Shown here: one piece after another, positions 47,161 to 56,705 of the stretch | Layout of the letters: every line of letters starts with the position of its first letter | Numbering within the stretch: the first letter of the stretch is position 1 | Translations under genes and position numbers: made by a program | The notes under the pieces: generated by a model | The model's input: only the letters and a program-made list of their open reading frames with translations | Told to the model about the DNA's origin: nothing | The model's database searches: none | Sequence record: OR352946.1 | Reading direction: 5' to 3' (one strand) | Length of the DNA: 64,000 nt | Origin: Escherichia phage AV116

Positions 47161-47188
47161 AAAAAAGCCCCAACCTTTCGGAAGGGGC
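47161..47188 (-). terminator. rho-independent terminator (GCCCCUUCC-GAAA-GGUUGGGGC plus U6)
   Basis: Hairpin 47167..47188 followed by a six-T run on the minus strand; terminates the tRNA-region transcript. Confidence 0.6.
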
Positions 47189-47231
47189 TATATACCTTGT
47201 CGGGGTTTCCACCTACTAGATAAGTGTTTGT

Positions 47232-47305
47232 ACGAAACGCCGGGATTCGAACCCGGTTATTAAGTAGTTGACGCTACTCAATATTTTTAAAAAGGCCATA
47301 TCTCG
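47232..47305 (-). ncRNA. tRNA-like element / degenerate tRNA (canonical T-arm, aberrant D and anticodon arms)
   Basis: Minus strand CCGGG-TTCGAAT-CCCGG T-arm and pairable acceptor (CGAGATA/CGTTTCG) but no clean cloverleaf; 6-nt anticodon-like loop. Confidence 0.25.
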
Positions 47306-47497
47306 ACCGTATCCGAACGTTCCGTCAAAAACGCTACTCGGCTTACGGCAAAGATATTTCCTCGAATCGATAATTCTGTGCGCCGTTTCTGCTGTGATGT
47401 AAGGGGATATTAACAAATCGTAAAGATTTATTAAGACCAGTCCTTACTCAGGGAACATCAGTCCGACGACTTGCCGGTAGCGACCCGGCTTCTTGTT

Positions 47498-47574
<77 letters not shown>

Positions 47575-47577
47575 TAA

Positions 47578-48243
47578 TTAAAATTTCATTTTTCGACCTT
47601 TAAACCATCCTTCTGGAATTGGGTCAGTTTTCTTAATACGTTTAGAAACTTTTTCATCTAATGAATGAATCCACATCATACCAAATTGGGAATTCTTTTC
47701 GCCCTGTTGATGTTTATTTCTGGCGTGAGATTCTTTCATTTTATTAATAGTTTCAAGAGTATGGGTCTTACCCAAGAAAGATTTAGTATTTAAAAATTTC
47801 TCTCTATACTTAGGATTATCCCAAAGCTGTTTAAACCTTTCTGAACCCATTTTACGATATTTTTCTTTAAGGTCTGGGTCGTTCTCAAATCTGGTTTTAA
47901 AAGCAGCAGCCCCTTTTAAGGAAGCTTCTTTCTTTTTATCCAAATATTCTTTAGTGTTTAAATGGTCCCAACCACCTTCACCACCTAATTTCAAATTATA
48001 AACATCAGGGCGCTTTAAAAACTCTTCAGTCACAATATTCTTTTCTGACTCAAACATAGAGGTTTTATCGTCAAAGAACTCTAATATTTCTTTAGAGAAA
48101 TTTTCTATACCATACTTGTCTTGGGCTCTTTTTAATAATTTACCAGAACCCATATATCCATCATCTAAATTTTCGGTAGAATGGGCGCCTATATAGATTT
48201 TATTATTAATTTTATTTGTTATTTTATAAGTGTAATGGAACAT
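47578..48243 (-). CDS. segB: GIY-YIG homing endonuclease (SegB-like) within the tRNA cluster
   Basis: 221 aa; YKITNKINNKIYIGAHS GIY-YIG motif; lies between two tRNA genes as segB does in T4. Confidence 0.75.
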   Translation of the reverse strand: MFHYTYKITNKINNKIYIGAHSTENLDDGYMGSGKLLKRAQDKYGIENFSKEILEFFDDKTSMFESEKNIVTEEFLKRPDVYNLKLGGEGGWDHLNTKEYLDKKKEASLKGAAAFKTRFENDPDLKEKYRKMGSERFKQLWDNPKYREKFLNTKSFLGKTHTLETINKMKESHARNKHQQGEKNSQFGMMWIHSLDEKVSKRIKKTDPIPEGWFKGRKMKF

Positions 48244-48284
48244 AAATATCTCCTATTTCTAAGAGTATTTATGTTCCCAAAATA

Positions 48285-48356
48285 TGGCCCTGGCTGGTTT
48301 CGATCCAGCTACCTATCAGTTATGAGCTGACAGCTCTCCCATTGAGCTACAGGGCC
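48285..48356 (-). tRNA. tRNA with CAU anticodon (Met, or Ile2 if lysidine-modified); CCA not encoded
   Basis: Manual cloverleaf: acceptor GGCCCTG/CAGGGCC, D-stem GCTC/GAGC, anticodon arm GTCAG-CTCATAA-CTGAT, T-arm GCTGG-ATCGAAA-CCAGC. Confidence 0.85.
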
Positions 48357-48452
48357 TAAATAACTTTCTATTATGAAAGGCACTTGAGGGAGCACCTTTG
48401 GTAATAGAGGGTAGATTAATAATAACACATAATTCTTAAAGCAAATTACGTT

Positions 48453-48743
48453 TTACCGTACCATATTAATGTAGTTATATTCAATGCAACGTAATTTCAA
48501 AGGGTTCTTGAAAATATCATATTCAAGAGGGCCTTTTTCTGTTTCAATAAAGAAATCAAAGTTAACTGTGTTAAATTTAACGTCTTCACAGAGTAATTTA
48601 ACTTGTGAAGATGAACGGTCGATATAAACCTTTTCAACCTCAAAGATAGTCAGAATACCGTAGTCATTAACCAGTGCTTTAGCTGCACGTTGGTCGCTTT
48701 CATATCCGTTCTCAATGGACGATACTTTAGCATAAAGAATCAT
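48453..48743 (-). CDS. hypothetical protein
   Basis: 96-aa ORF. Confidence 0.45.
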   Translation of the reverse strand: MILYAKVSSIENGYESDQRAAKALVNDYGILTIFEVEKVYIDRSSSQVKLLCEDVKFNTVNFDFFIETEKGPLEYDIFKNPLKLRCIEYNYINMVR

Positions 48744-49102
48744 GAATGTTCCACCATTTCAAAGGTATGAGCATCAACAATATGATACCAGTCAAAATTT
48801 TCTTCCGCGTTTTTATAAATTTCGCGAAGAGCTTCAACAGTTTTTCCTGTAGCAACAAGATCGTCAATACCACCAAGAGGATAACAGTAATAACCAGCAA
48901 ACAGAAGGAAATTAATAGTTTCTGTAGGTTCTGGATGCAGAACACCGTTATCATCTACCACTTCAAAGAAAGTGTAAGAAGGAGTACAAGTTTTAATCCA
49001 AGCCCATGCTTGGGCTGCTGAATCAAATGGTCTGCGTATCAAACGACAATCAGGGTCTTTAGAAGGATTTGCGTCAAAATCTGCATATACATGATATTTC
49101 AT
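48740..49102 (-). CDS. hypothetical protein
   Basis: 120-aa ORF. Confidence 0.5.
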   Translation of the reverse strand: MKYHVYADFDANPSKDPDCRLIRRPFDSAAQAWAWIKTCTPSYTFFEVVDDNGVLHPEPTETINFLLFAGYYCYPLGGIDDLVATGKTVEALREIYKNAEENFDWYHIVDAHTFEMVEHS

Positions 49103-49309
49103 TTACTCACCTTTTGCAATTTTATCCATAACGATAGCGATTAAGCCGATTAGAAATGCTACTACCAATGAGATAGAATTTTCTGTTGTTGTCAGTAGTC
49201 CACAAATGAATCCTACAAACATCGAAAAACTAAAAGCCATTGAAGCAATTACTACAGCAACATTACGAATCAGTTCAGCGCGTTTCATTTTATTTCTCCA
49301 TTTACTCAT
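49103..49309 (-). CDS. small membrane protein
   Basis: 68 aa with two hydrophobic helices. Confidence 0.45.
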   Translation of the reverse strand: MSKWRNKMKRAELIRNVAVVIASMAFSFSMFVGFICGLLTTTENSISLVVAFLIGLIAIVMDKIAKGE

Positions 49310-49357
49310 TTGTTTTGATAGGACTACTATAACATATCCCTATAGGCTTGTATACCT

Positions 49358-49621
49358 TTATTTCAAATATATTGCGTATTTTTTATAGCCACCAGGCTCG
49401 TGTCGAAGACCTTTATCATTCGCAAAACGTTGAATGTTATTGAACTGATTTTCATCAAGTTCGGATGTGTCAAATACGAAAAAGTTTCGTTTGTTACCAA
49501 GCGTGATATGCGGAGTTAAGTCAATATTATACAAATTAAGAATATCAGCAATAACCTGATTGACCGCTTTGTTAATTTTCACACCAGATGATTCTGAGAT
49601 GAATTCGTTGAAAGTTTTCAT
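49358..49621 (-). CDS. internal-protein-like protein with capsid-targeting sequence
   Basis: N-terminal MKTFNEFISES; start set at internal Met of the track ORF. Confidence 0.5.
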   Translation of the reverse strand: MKTFNEFISESSGVKINKAVNQVIADILNLYNIDLTPHITLGNKRNFFVFDTSELDENQFNNIQRFANDKGLRHEPGGYKKYAIYLK

Positions 49622-49643
49622 TTTAGGTTCCATTTGGTTGTTT

Positions 49644-49672
49644 TGATAGGACTACTATAACATAGTCCTATC
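49644..49672 (-). promoter_or_regulatory. T4 early-type promoter (TTTACA-N17-TATAGT) with perfect 9-bp flanking inverted repeat
   Basis: GATAGGACT/AGTCCTATC arms bracket the -10 region. Confidence 0.5.
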
Positions 49673-49682
49673 GTGTTGTAAA

Positions 49683-49994
49683 TTATTTTATGCCTTTAGA
49701 AGAAATGGTATTTTGGCGTTTAACCCCTGTTTGTGAAAAATCGTGGTTATCGATTTGGTCGACTCGCATAACACCAAATGCAGATTTAATTTTAGCCTTT
49801 GAACCTTTTTTGATACTAATTATCATATAAGTATCATTTTTCTTATATTCGAAATTTGTTACTTCAACGCCTTGATTAGAAATTGACTTAATAATAGCAT
49901 TAGCGTATTCATCATCTAACGGACCGGTGGTGTTAATAATAAAATTTTTATCGGCTTTAGTAGCTTCAGCGATAAACTCTTGATAAGTTTTCAT
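49683..49994 (-). CDS. ipI: internal protein I-like (capsid-targeted)
   Basis: 103 aa; N-terminal MKTYQEFIAEA; immediately downstream of 57B as ipI is in T4. Confidence 0.6.
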   Translation of the reverse strand: MKTYQEFIAEATKADKNFIINTTGPLDDEYANAIIKSISNQGVEVTNFEYKKNDTYMIISIKKGSKAKIKSAFGVMRVDQIDNHDFSQTGVKRQNTISSKGIK

Positions 49995-50073
49995 TTGTTT
50001 TTTCCGTTTGGTTTGTGATTTGATATGATGATAGTATCACACCATCATCCTTATGTAAACTGTTTTGTGAAAA

Positions 50074-50759
<686 letters not shown>

Positions 50760-50763
50760 TTTA

Positions 50764-51498
50764 TTACCTTAAGATTGTTTCAATTTTAGAATAAAGCTCT
50801 TCTAAAGAGCCGTCGTTTGTAATAACTAAATCGCCTTCTTCAATAGGCAACCCAGCTTCTGTAATATGTTTATCAGTGGATTCCGTACCAGAGCGAACCA
50901 CATGAATAACTGTAGCACCCATCGCTCTAGCGGTTTCCATTTCATGGACTTGACGTGTATCGGTTACAACATAGTAATCGAAATCACTTCCAATATAATC
51001 CATATAGTTTAATGCAAAAAGCTTAACCCAATACATACGGTCAAATAAATTAACGACAACATCCGTACCGAGGGCTTGCATAAGACGGCGGATTGACCAT
51101 GTGTCGTTGATATTATTTATAGCTTCACGCAGGGCTTCATATGGTTTAATATCTAGATACGAATATCCACCTTCTAACGATGATAATACTTTAACATTAT
51201 TAATTGGTAAATATTGACTTTGCAAATAAATTAGCGCTTCTTCCAATAATTCAATAACATCCAACTTATTGATATTTAATGGCGTTTCACGGTCATATCC
51301 GATACCTTCAAAGTATTCGTATTTCAACTCTGTGAATACATCAGGATTTTCAGCATGCCTACGTCCCCAGGCTATTGCTAGAGAGTCTTTAATTGGATAT
51401 GCTAATTGGTATTTTACGGATTTAAAGTTTGAATTGATGTAATCAGCAGTAGTGTCTTTACCACTACGTTTGATGCCACTTAAAAAGATTAGCTCCAT
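50764..51498 (-). CDS. 1: deoxynucleoside monophosphate kinase gp1
   Basis: 244 aa; P-loop LSGIKRSGKDTTADYI and extended similarity to T4 gp1. Confidence 0.93.
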   Translation of the reverse strand: MELIFLSGIKRSGKDTTADYINSNFKSVKYQLAYPIKDSLAIAWGRRHAENPDVFTELKYEYFEGIGYDRETPLNINKLDVIELLEEALIYLQSQYLPINNVKVLSSLEGGYSYLDIKPYEALREAINNINDTWSIRRLMQALGTDVVVNLFDRMYWVKLFALNYMDYIGSDFDYYVVTDTRQVHEMETARAMGATVIHVVRSGTESTDKHITEAGLPIEEGDLVITNDGSLEELYSKIETILR

Positions 51499-51551
51499 AG
51501 GTTTTCCTCATATAATTTATGAGTGATTATAACATACGGAGCTAGAAGCGA

Positions 51552-52142
51552 TTAACGCAAGGAAGGGTGTCTAGAAATGGATTTAGATTCGACCGCTTGA
51601 CGTGGTTGTTGAGATACAATGACTTCACCATCCTTTTCTATCGTCATATACGCATAGTGAATAGTTGCTACGCACGTAACGGCAGGGTCAGAATCTTCAG
51701 TGTAACTAAATTCAATTTCACTCAAATCAGAAATCCATGGTTTATAGAAATTTGCCGTCAAAACTACTTCTGTCTTATTGTTATTTAAAATGTGCAAAGT
51801 AACAAACTCAGGACCATCGGAGTGGGCCGTATTATGTCCGGTTATATAGTTATTAGTGCTGAGCATCCATTTATACATGTTCATCCAGGACGTCATGTCT
51901 TCATCAACTATAAATCGTACAACAAAAGGGTCATATTCAAATGTGGTGCCTGCACGCATTGCACGTCCTAACCCCATCGTGCCTGTCACAGTTTCAACAA
52001 CAGGAATTCTCACACCTGGCAACGGTGCCGTTTGGGCATTGAGCACAAAACCTGAAGTTCGTGTACTATCTGGGATATCCACAACAAAGTTTGTTATATT
52101 TGTTTGGTTAAAAATCTGTCTCGTTGGACGAGTCATAAGCAC
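51552..52142 (-). CDS. 3: tail completion / sheath stabiliser protein gp3
   Basis: 196-aa ORF between genes 1 and 2 as in T4; start may be slightly internal. Confidence 0.7.
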   Translation of the reverse strand: MLMTRPTRQIFNQTNITNFVVDIPDSTRTSGFVLNAQTAPLPGVRIPVVETVTGTMGLGRAMRAGTTFEYDPFVVRFIVDEDMTSWMNMYKWMLSTNNYITGHNTAHSDGPEFVTLHILNNNKTEVVLTANFYKPWISDLSEIEFSYTEDSDPAVTCVATIHYAYMTIEKDGEVIVSQQPRQAVESKSISRHPSLR

Positions 52143-52238
52143 CTCAAAAACGCTTTAATAAAAATGCAGTATAATGGTTTTAGGTCTCTTCCATTAATCT
52201 GGTTCAACAGAATATCAGAAGAACGGAAGAGAATAGAA

Positions 52239-53060
52239 TTAAGATTTCCAAACAGTATTCGCAGAGAAACGTTTTCCTTTTGACATAAACTGCTGAGTAG
52301 GTAACATGATTATGTTAGCCCAGTCTTTAGGAGCTATTTCTGTTATTGTTCCTCTAATGTGGCCTGGCAGGTATGCTTTAATCATTTTGTCAGCACCTTG
52401 AAATCCTTTCACCTTGCTCCAGTCTATCTTCAACTTTGTGTTATTAGTAATAGTAGTTGTGCTAGCATATTGCTTCAGCAATTCTTCAAGAAACTGTTGT
52501 CGTGCTTTAGGTGGGATATAGTGCAAGTTTAACCCATACATCAAATTATGTTTACCTAATCCTAAATAAATAATCAAAGGATAACGGTCCCAGTATGGCA
52601 GAGTATCTTTATGTTTAGCATCATACACGTAAGTATAAATTTTGCCTGGCGTAGGCTTGACTACTTTATGACCTTTTACACTTTTCTTAATTGTTTCAAC
52701 AAACCACTTAGATGATTTGTTGTTTACTGCTGCGCCTTCATTTCTAATCTTTTCTCGTATTGAACTGCGAAACGAGTTTATCATCAGAAGTTGACGTTCT
52801 TGCTTATTGAGTTTATTTTTAGGTTTAGATTCAAGCGTTTCAATTTTCTGTGCAGTCTTAATAGATGATGCATATCTAGACATTGCAGATGTAAACGACG
52901 AGTATTTTATTCCTTTTGATTCTGCAAATGCTTTTGCAGTGATTCCTTTCTCTTTAGCTTTCTTGTATTCTAATCCTATCTCAATCCATTTTCTTTCATT
53001 CATAGACTGAGCAATCTTAGGGGCTTGTGCGCCTTCAGATATAATTTGGAATATGCTCAT
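52239..53060 (-). CDS. 2: DNA end protector protein gp2
   Basis: 273 aa; T4 gene order 4-2-3-1. Confidence 0.8.
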   Translation of the reverse strand: MSIFQIISEGAQAPKIAQSMNERKWIEIGLEYKKAKEKGITAKAFAESKGIKYSSFTSAMSRYASSIKTAQKIETLESKPKNKLNKQERQLLMINSFRSSIREKIRNEGAAVNNKSSKWFVETIKKSVKGHKVVKPTPGKIYTYVYDAKHKDTLPYWDRYPLIIYLGLGKHNLMYGLNLHYIPPKARQQFLEELLKQYASTTTITNNTKLKIDWSKVKGFQGADKMIKAYLPGHIRGTITEIAPKDWANIIMLPTQQFMSKGKRFSANTVWKS

Positions 53061-53062
53061 AA

Positions 53063-53512
53063 TTACCCCTTGTATCCGAGTTTTCTAAGTCCGTCTTCGG
53101 TTAGAACTCGAAATTTTATATTTCTCTTTTCAGCAACAGCTGAGGCAGCTTTCCATTTGTCACAGTTCACAGACCAGGTATATATTTCATTCATATAACG
53201 TTTCTTTGCTGCGGTCGTAAGATTTGCGGGCTTAATAGGTGGCTGAGTTTCTTTCTTTGGTTTTATTTCTACAAAAAACTCTTGACCTGATGCATCTTTC
53301 ATCCATATGTCCATATAGTATCGACGTTTCTTACCTTCAGCATTACAAAAATATGGAATTACTGCTGTTTCACTACCCCATGCAATAATTTCTGGATTTT
53401 TATCCAACCATTCGAAAAAGAATTTTTCCCAGTTTGAACGATACGTTATTTTGGTATGGTCTCCACGGTATTTTTTTAAATTTTTTGGGACCCATTTACC
53501 AGAGTAGGCCAT
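53063..53512 (-). CDS. 4: head completion protein gp4
   Basis: 150 aa from internal ATG ([12 protein letters not shown]...); the track's extension reads as intergenic sequence. Confidence 0.85.
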   Translation of the reverse strand: MAYSGKWVPKNLKKYRGDHTKITYRSNWEKFFFEWLDKNPEIIAWGSETAVIPYFCNAEGKKRRYYMDIWMKDASGQEFFVEIKPKKETQPPIKPANLTTAAKKRYMNEIYTWSVNCDKWKAASAVAEKRNIKFRVLTEDGLRKLGYKG

Positions 53513-53523
53513 GTTGTCCTCCT

Positions 53524-53531
53524 TATAAATA
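53524..53531 (+). promoter_or_regulatory. T4 late promoter TATAAATA for gene 53
   Basis: Exact TATAAATA about 43 bp upstream of the gene 53 ATG. Confidence 0.6.
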
Positions 53532-53538
53532 GTATTAT

Positions 53539-53546
53539 TATTTATA
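53539..53546 (-). promoter_or_regulatory. T4 late promoter TATAAATA for gene 4 (divergent)
   Basis: Plus tatttata is TATAAATA on the minus strand, about 27 bp upstream of the gene 4 ATG. Confidence 0.55.
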
Positions 53547-53573
53547 CCAATTTCATATTGGAAGGAGACTATC

Positions 53574-54149
53574 TTGTTATTTACATTCTTCGACCCAATA
53601 GGATATAGTGCTAAAACAGTTAATAAGAATGCACCTACTATTCCTATGACAGACATATTTCGTAACTATAAAGAGTACTTTAAGCGTGTGGCTGCCAATT
53701 ATAGATTACGTTCTTATTACATTAAAGGCTCTCCACGTCCTGAAGAACTAGCGAATATCATTTATGGCAACCCGCAATTATACTGGGTTCTTTTGATGTG
53801 CAACGATAACTACGACCCGTATTATGGTTGGATTACATCTCAGGAAGCAGCGTATCAAGCTTCTATTCAGAAATATGCTAATGCAGGCGGCGACCAAATT
53901 CTTTACCATATTAATGAGAACCGTGAGAAATTTTACAATTTAGTTTCATATCCAGACGAGCCTTTAGTGTGGTATGATAAAGGTGATGAAGCTCGTAAGT
54001 ATCCGCAATATAAAGGACCTTTAGCTGCAGTAGATACTTATGAAGCGGCAGTATTAGATAATGAAAAACTTCGTAAAATAAAAATTGTTGCAAAAGAAGA
54101 TATAAACTCGTTTATCACAGATTTGATTCGTGAGATGGAGATTGCATAA
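53574..54149 (+). CDS. 53: baseplate wedge protein gp53
   Basis: 191 aa; N-terminus matches T4 gp53 (MLFTFFDPI.Y.AKTVNKNAPTIPMTDIFRNYK). Confidence 0.92.
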   Translation: MLFTFFDPIGYSAKTVNKNAPTIPMTDIFRNYKEYFKRVAANYRLRSYYIKGSPRPEELANIIYGNPQLYWVLLMCNDNYDPYYGWITSQEAAYQASIQKYANAGGDQILYHINENREKFYNLVSYPDEPLVWYDKGDEARKYPQYKGPLAAVDTYEAAVLDNEKLRKIKIVAKEDINSFITDLIREMEIA

Positions 54150-55882
54150 TGGAAATGATTAGCAGTAGCCTTAATTGGTTCGTGGGTGTTGTCGAGGACA
54201 GAATGGACCCATTAAAACAAGGGCGAGTTCGAGTTCGAGTCGTTGGTCTTCATCCGGCACAGAGAGCACAAGGTGATGTACAAGGTATTCCTACAGAAAA
54301 ACTTCCATGGATGACTGTTATTCAACCTATTACGTCTGCATCAATGTCAGGTATTGGTGGTTCTGTTACAGGTCCTGTTGAAGGAACTCGAGTATATGGT
54401 CATTTCTTAGACAAATGGAAAACAAACGGGATTGTACTTGGTACGTATGGCGGAATTGTACGTGAAAAGCCTAATAAACTTGAAGGTTTTTCAGACCCGA
54501 CAGGCCAGTATCCGCGACGTTTAGGTAATGATACGAACGTATTAAACCAAGGTGGTGAAGCTGGTTATTATTCGAACTCTAACGTAATTCAAGATAACAA
54601 CTTGGATTATGGTATAAACCCAGACGATACAGATTTAGCAAATATTCCAGAAGATGATGACCCTAATTTTACAATAACAGAAATGTTACGTCGTGACGAA
54701 GGTCTTCGTGATAAAGTGTATTGGGACCATCTCGGATATCCTACCGTAGGTATTGGTCACCTTATCGTAATGGAAAAGACCCGAGATATGTCTCGAATTA
54801 ATAAATTGTTATCTGATCAAGTAGGGCGTGAAGTAACAGGAAATCCCGGAACTATTACATTAGAAGAAGCAACAGCGTTATTTGAGAAAGACCTTGCTAA
54901 GATGCAGAAAGACATTCGTTCTAATTCTAAAGTAGGTCCTGTTTATGCTAAAATGAACAGGTCTCGTCAAATGGCATTAGAAAACATGTGTTTCCAAATG
55001 GGCGTTGGTGGTGTAGCAAAATTCAATACTATGCTTAAAGCAATGGCCACAGGTGATTGGAAAACCGCATACAAATCTGGTCGCGATTCGTTATGGTTCC
55101 AACAGACTAAAGGGCGTGCTTCACGTGTAACAACAATTATTTTAACTGGTAACATGGAATCATATGGCGTTCCTGTTAAAACACCACCTTCGCCAGGAGT
55201 TGGTGCTGATTTAGTTACTAGAAATACCGATCCAGAAGACCCAGCCGGTCCTCCTGTTCCATTAGATTCACGCATCCTTTTTAAAGAACCGGAATCAAGT
55301 TATCGTGGTGAGTACCCATATGTTCATGCTATGGAAACAGAAAGTGGTCATATCCAAGAATTTGACGATACTCCAGGTAATGAACGTTATCGCTTAGTTC
55401 ATCCAACAGGGTCATATGAGGAAGTTTCTCCGTCTGGGCGTCGTACTCGTAAAACTGTAGAAGACCTTTTTGACATCACTAATGGTGATGGGAACTTCTT
55501 GATTTCTGGCGATAAGCTTGTTAACGTTGGTGCTAATGAAATATATTATAACATGGCAGACCGCCTCCATCAAATAGACGGCAATGACACAATCTTTATT
55601 CGTGGTAACCAATCTAAAACTGTTGAAGGCGATGGAACTCTTTACGTTAAGGGTAATATCAAAATAGTTGTTGACGGAAATGCAGATATTCTTGTTAAAG
55701 GTGATGCTAAAACTCAGGTCGAAGGGAATCATGATTACACCGTCAACGGAAACGTTAAATGGACTGTTAATGGTAATGTTGATATGACTGTTGCCGGGGA
55801 TTGGGCAGAAACAATGTCTACAATGAGCTCAGTAGCTTCAGGACAATACACTGTTGACGGATCTCGTATTGATATTGGGTAA
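54149..55882 (+). CDS. 5: baseplate hub / tail lysozyme gp5 (cell-puncturing device)
   Basis: 577 aa; central lysozyme domain (RRDEGLRDKVYWDHLGYPTVGIGHL) and C-terminal VxGxxxxxV beta-helix repeats. Confidence 0.95.
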   Translation: MEMISSSLNWFVGVVEDRMDPLKQGRVRVRVVGLHPAQRAQGDVQGIPTEKLPWMTVIQPITSASMSGIGGSVTGPVEGTRVYGHFLDKWKTNGIVLGTYGGIVREKPNKLEGFSDPTGQYPRRLGNDTNVLNQGGEAGYYSNSNVIQDNNLDYGINPDDTDLANIPEDDDPNFTITEMLRRDEGLRDKVYWDHLGYPTVGIGHLIVMEKTRDMSRINKLLSDQVGREVTGNPGTITLEEATALFEKDLAKMQKDIRSNSKVGPVYAKMNRSRQMALENMCFQMGVGGVAKFNTMLKAMATGDWKTAYKSGRDSLWFQQTKGRASRVTTIILTGNMESYGVPVKTPPSPGVGADLVTRNTDPEDPAGPPVPLDSRILFKEPESSYRGEYPYVHAMETESGHIQEFDDTPGNERYRLVHPTGSYEEVSPSGRRTRKTVEDLFDITNGDGNFLISGDKLVNVGANEIYYNMADRLHQIDGNDTIFIRGNQSKTVEGDGTLYVKGNIKIVVDGNADILVKGDAKTQVEGNHDYTVNGNVKWTVNGNVDMTVAGDWAETMSTMSSVASGQYTVDGSRIDIG

Positions 55883-55885
55883 TAT

Positions 55886-56401
55886 ATGGCACAAATACTT
55901 CCTTTAAATACCGACTTAGGAGAAGACATGGAAGGGGCGTCTATTGACGTCCTTTTTACTCCGCAGTTAGAAACAACCGAAACTTTAGTGTCAATAAATA
56001 TAACAGATTATGAACCGACACAAGGCATTACGGTAGATGGTAATCGTTTATATGGAACATATGAAAGTGTGTTTAGCTTTTCTTCGGACGCATTGAAATA
56101 CCGATTAAATGATGATTTTGAAACCGCATCTTCATGGGATGATTTACCAAAAGATGAGTCCACACAGTTATATTTGTGGAGAGCTCCTCAGAATCTTCGT
56201 AAAGTGTTTAGTTATACGGTTGAAATGATTTATAACTACCAAGAAGAAAGTTCATCAGGCGGTTCTAGAAGCGACTCTGGTACAGAACCTCCACCGGCTC
56301 CAGTACAAAAAACTCTTACTAAGGTTTATACAAAAACTATAGTAGGAAATTGGAGCAAATGGGCTCATCAATTACGAAACTATGTTTATGAGAGGCCGTG
56401 A
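55886..56401 (+). CDS. 5.1: gp5.1-like protein
   Basis: 171-aa ORF between gp5 and the PAAR protein. Confidence 0.65.
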   Translation: MAQILPLNTDLGEDMEGASIDVLFTPQLETTETLVSINITDYEPTQGITVDGNRLYGTYESVFSFSSDALKYRLNDDFETASSWDDLPKDESTQLYLWRAPQNLRKVFSYTVEMIYNYQEESSSGGSRSDSGTEPPPAPVQKTLTKVYTKTIVGNWSKWAHQLRNYVYERP

Positions 56402-56697
56402 AAATGTCTGGCTTAAGTTACGACAAGTGCGTTACAACAGGTCATGAAGCATGGCCTCCTACTGTAATAAATGCTTCCCAATCTAAAGTGTTCACCGGCG
56501 GTATTCCTGTTCTTGTGGCAGGAGACCAAATAACACCTCATACAGAAATTAAAAAACCATACGAGACTCATGGAGGTGTTACTGAACCTCGTACATCTAA
56601 AGTATACGTCACCGGTAAAAAGGCCGTTCAAATGGCTGACCCAATTTCATGCGGGGATACTGTTTCTCAGGCCTCGTCAAAAGTCTTTATAAAATAG
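56398..56697 (+). CDS. 5.4: PAAR-repeat spike tip protein gp5.4
   Basis: 99 aa; small Gly/Thr-rich protein downstream of gp5. Confidence 0.8.
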   Translation: MKMSGLSYDKCVTTGHEAWPPTVINASQSKVFTGGIPVLVAGDQITPHTEIKKPYETHGGVTEPRTSKVYVTGKKAVQMADPISCGDTVSQASSKVFIK

Positions 56698-56705
56698 GAA
56701 TTAAA

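Noticed and set aside
47232-47305. Calling the T-arm-containing element a bona fide tRNA
   Set aside because: Acceptor and T-arm pair, but the D-arm cannot be formed and the anticodon stem closes a 6-nt loop; kept only as a low-confidence tRNA-like ncRNA.
47216-47416. 66-aa minus-strand ORF in the tRNA cluster
   Set aside because: Overlaps the tRNA-like T-arm region, has no Shine-Dalgarno sequence and sits between two tRNA genes; more likely non-coding RNA sequence than a protein.
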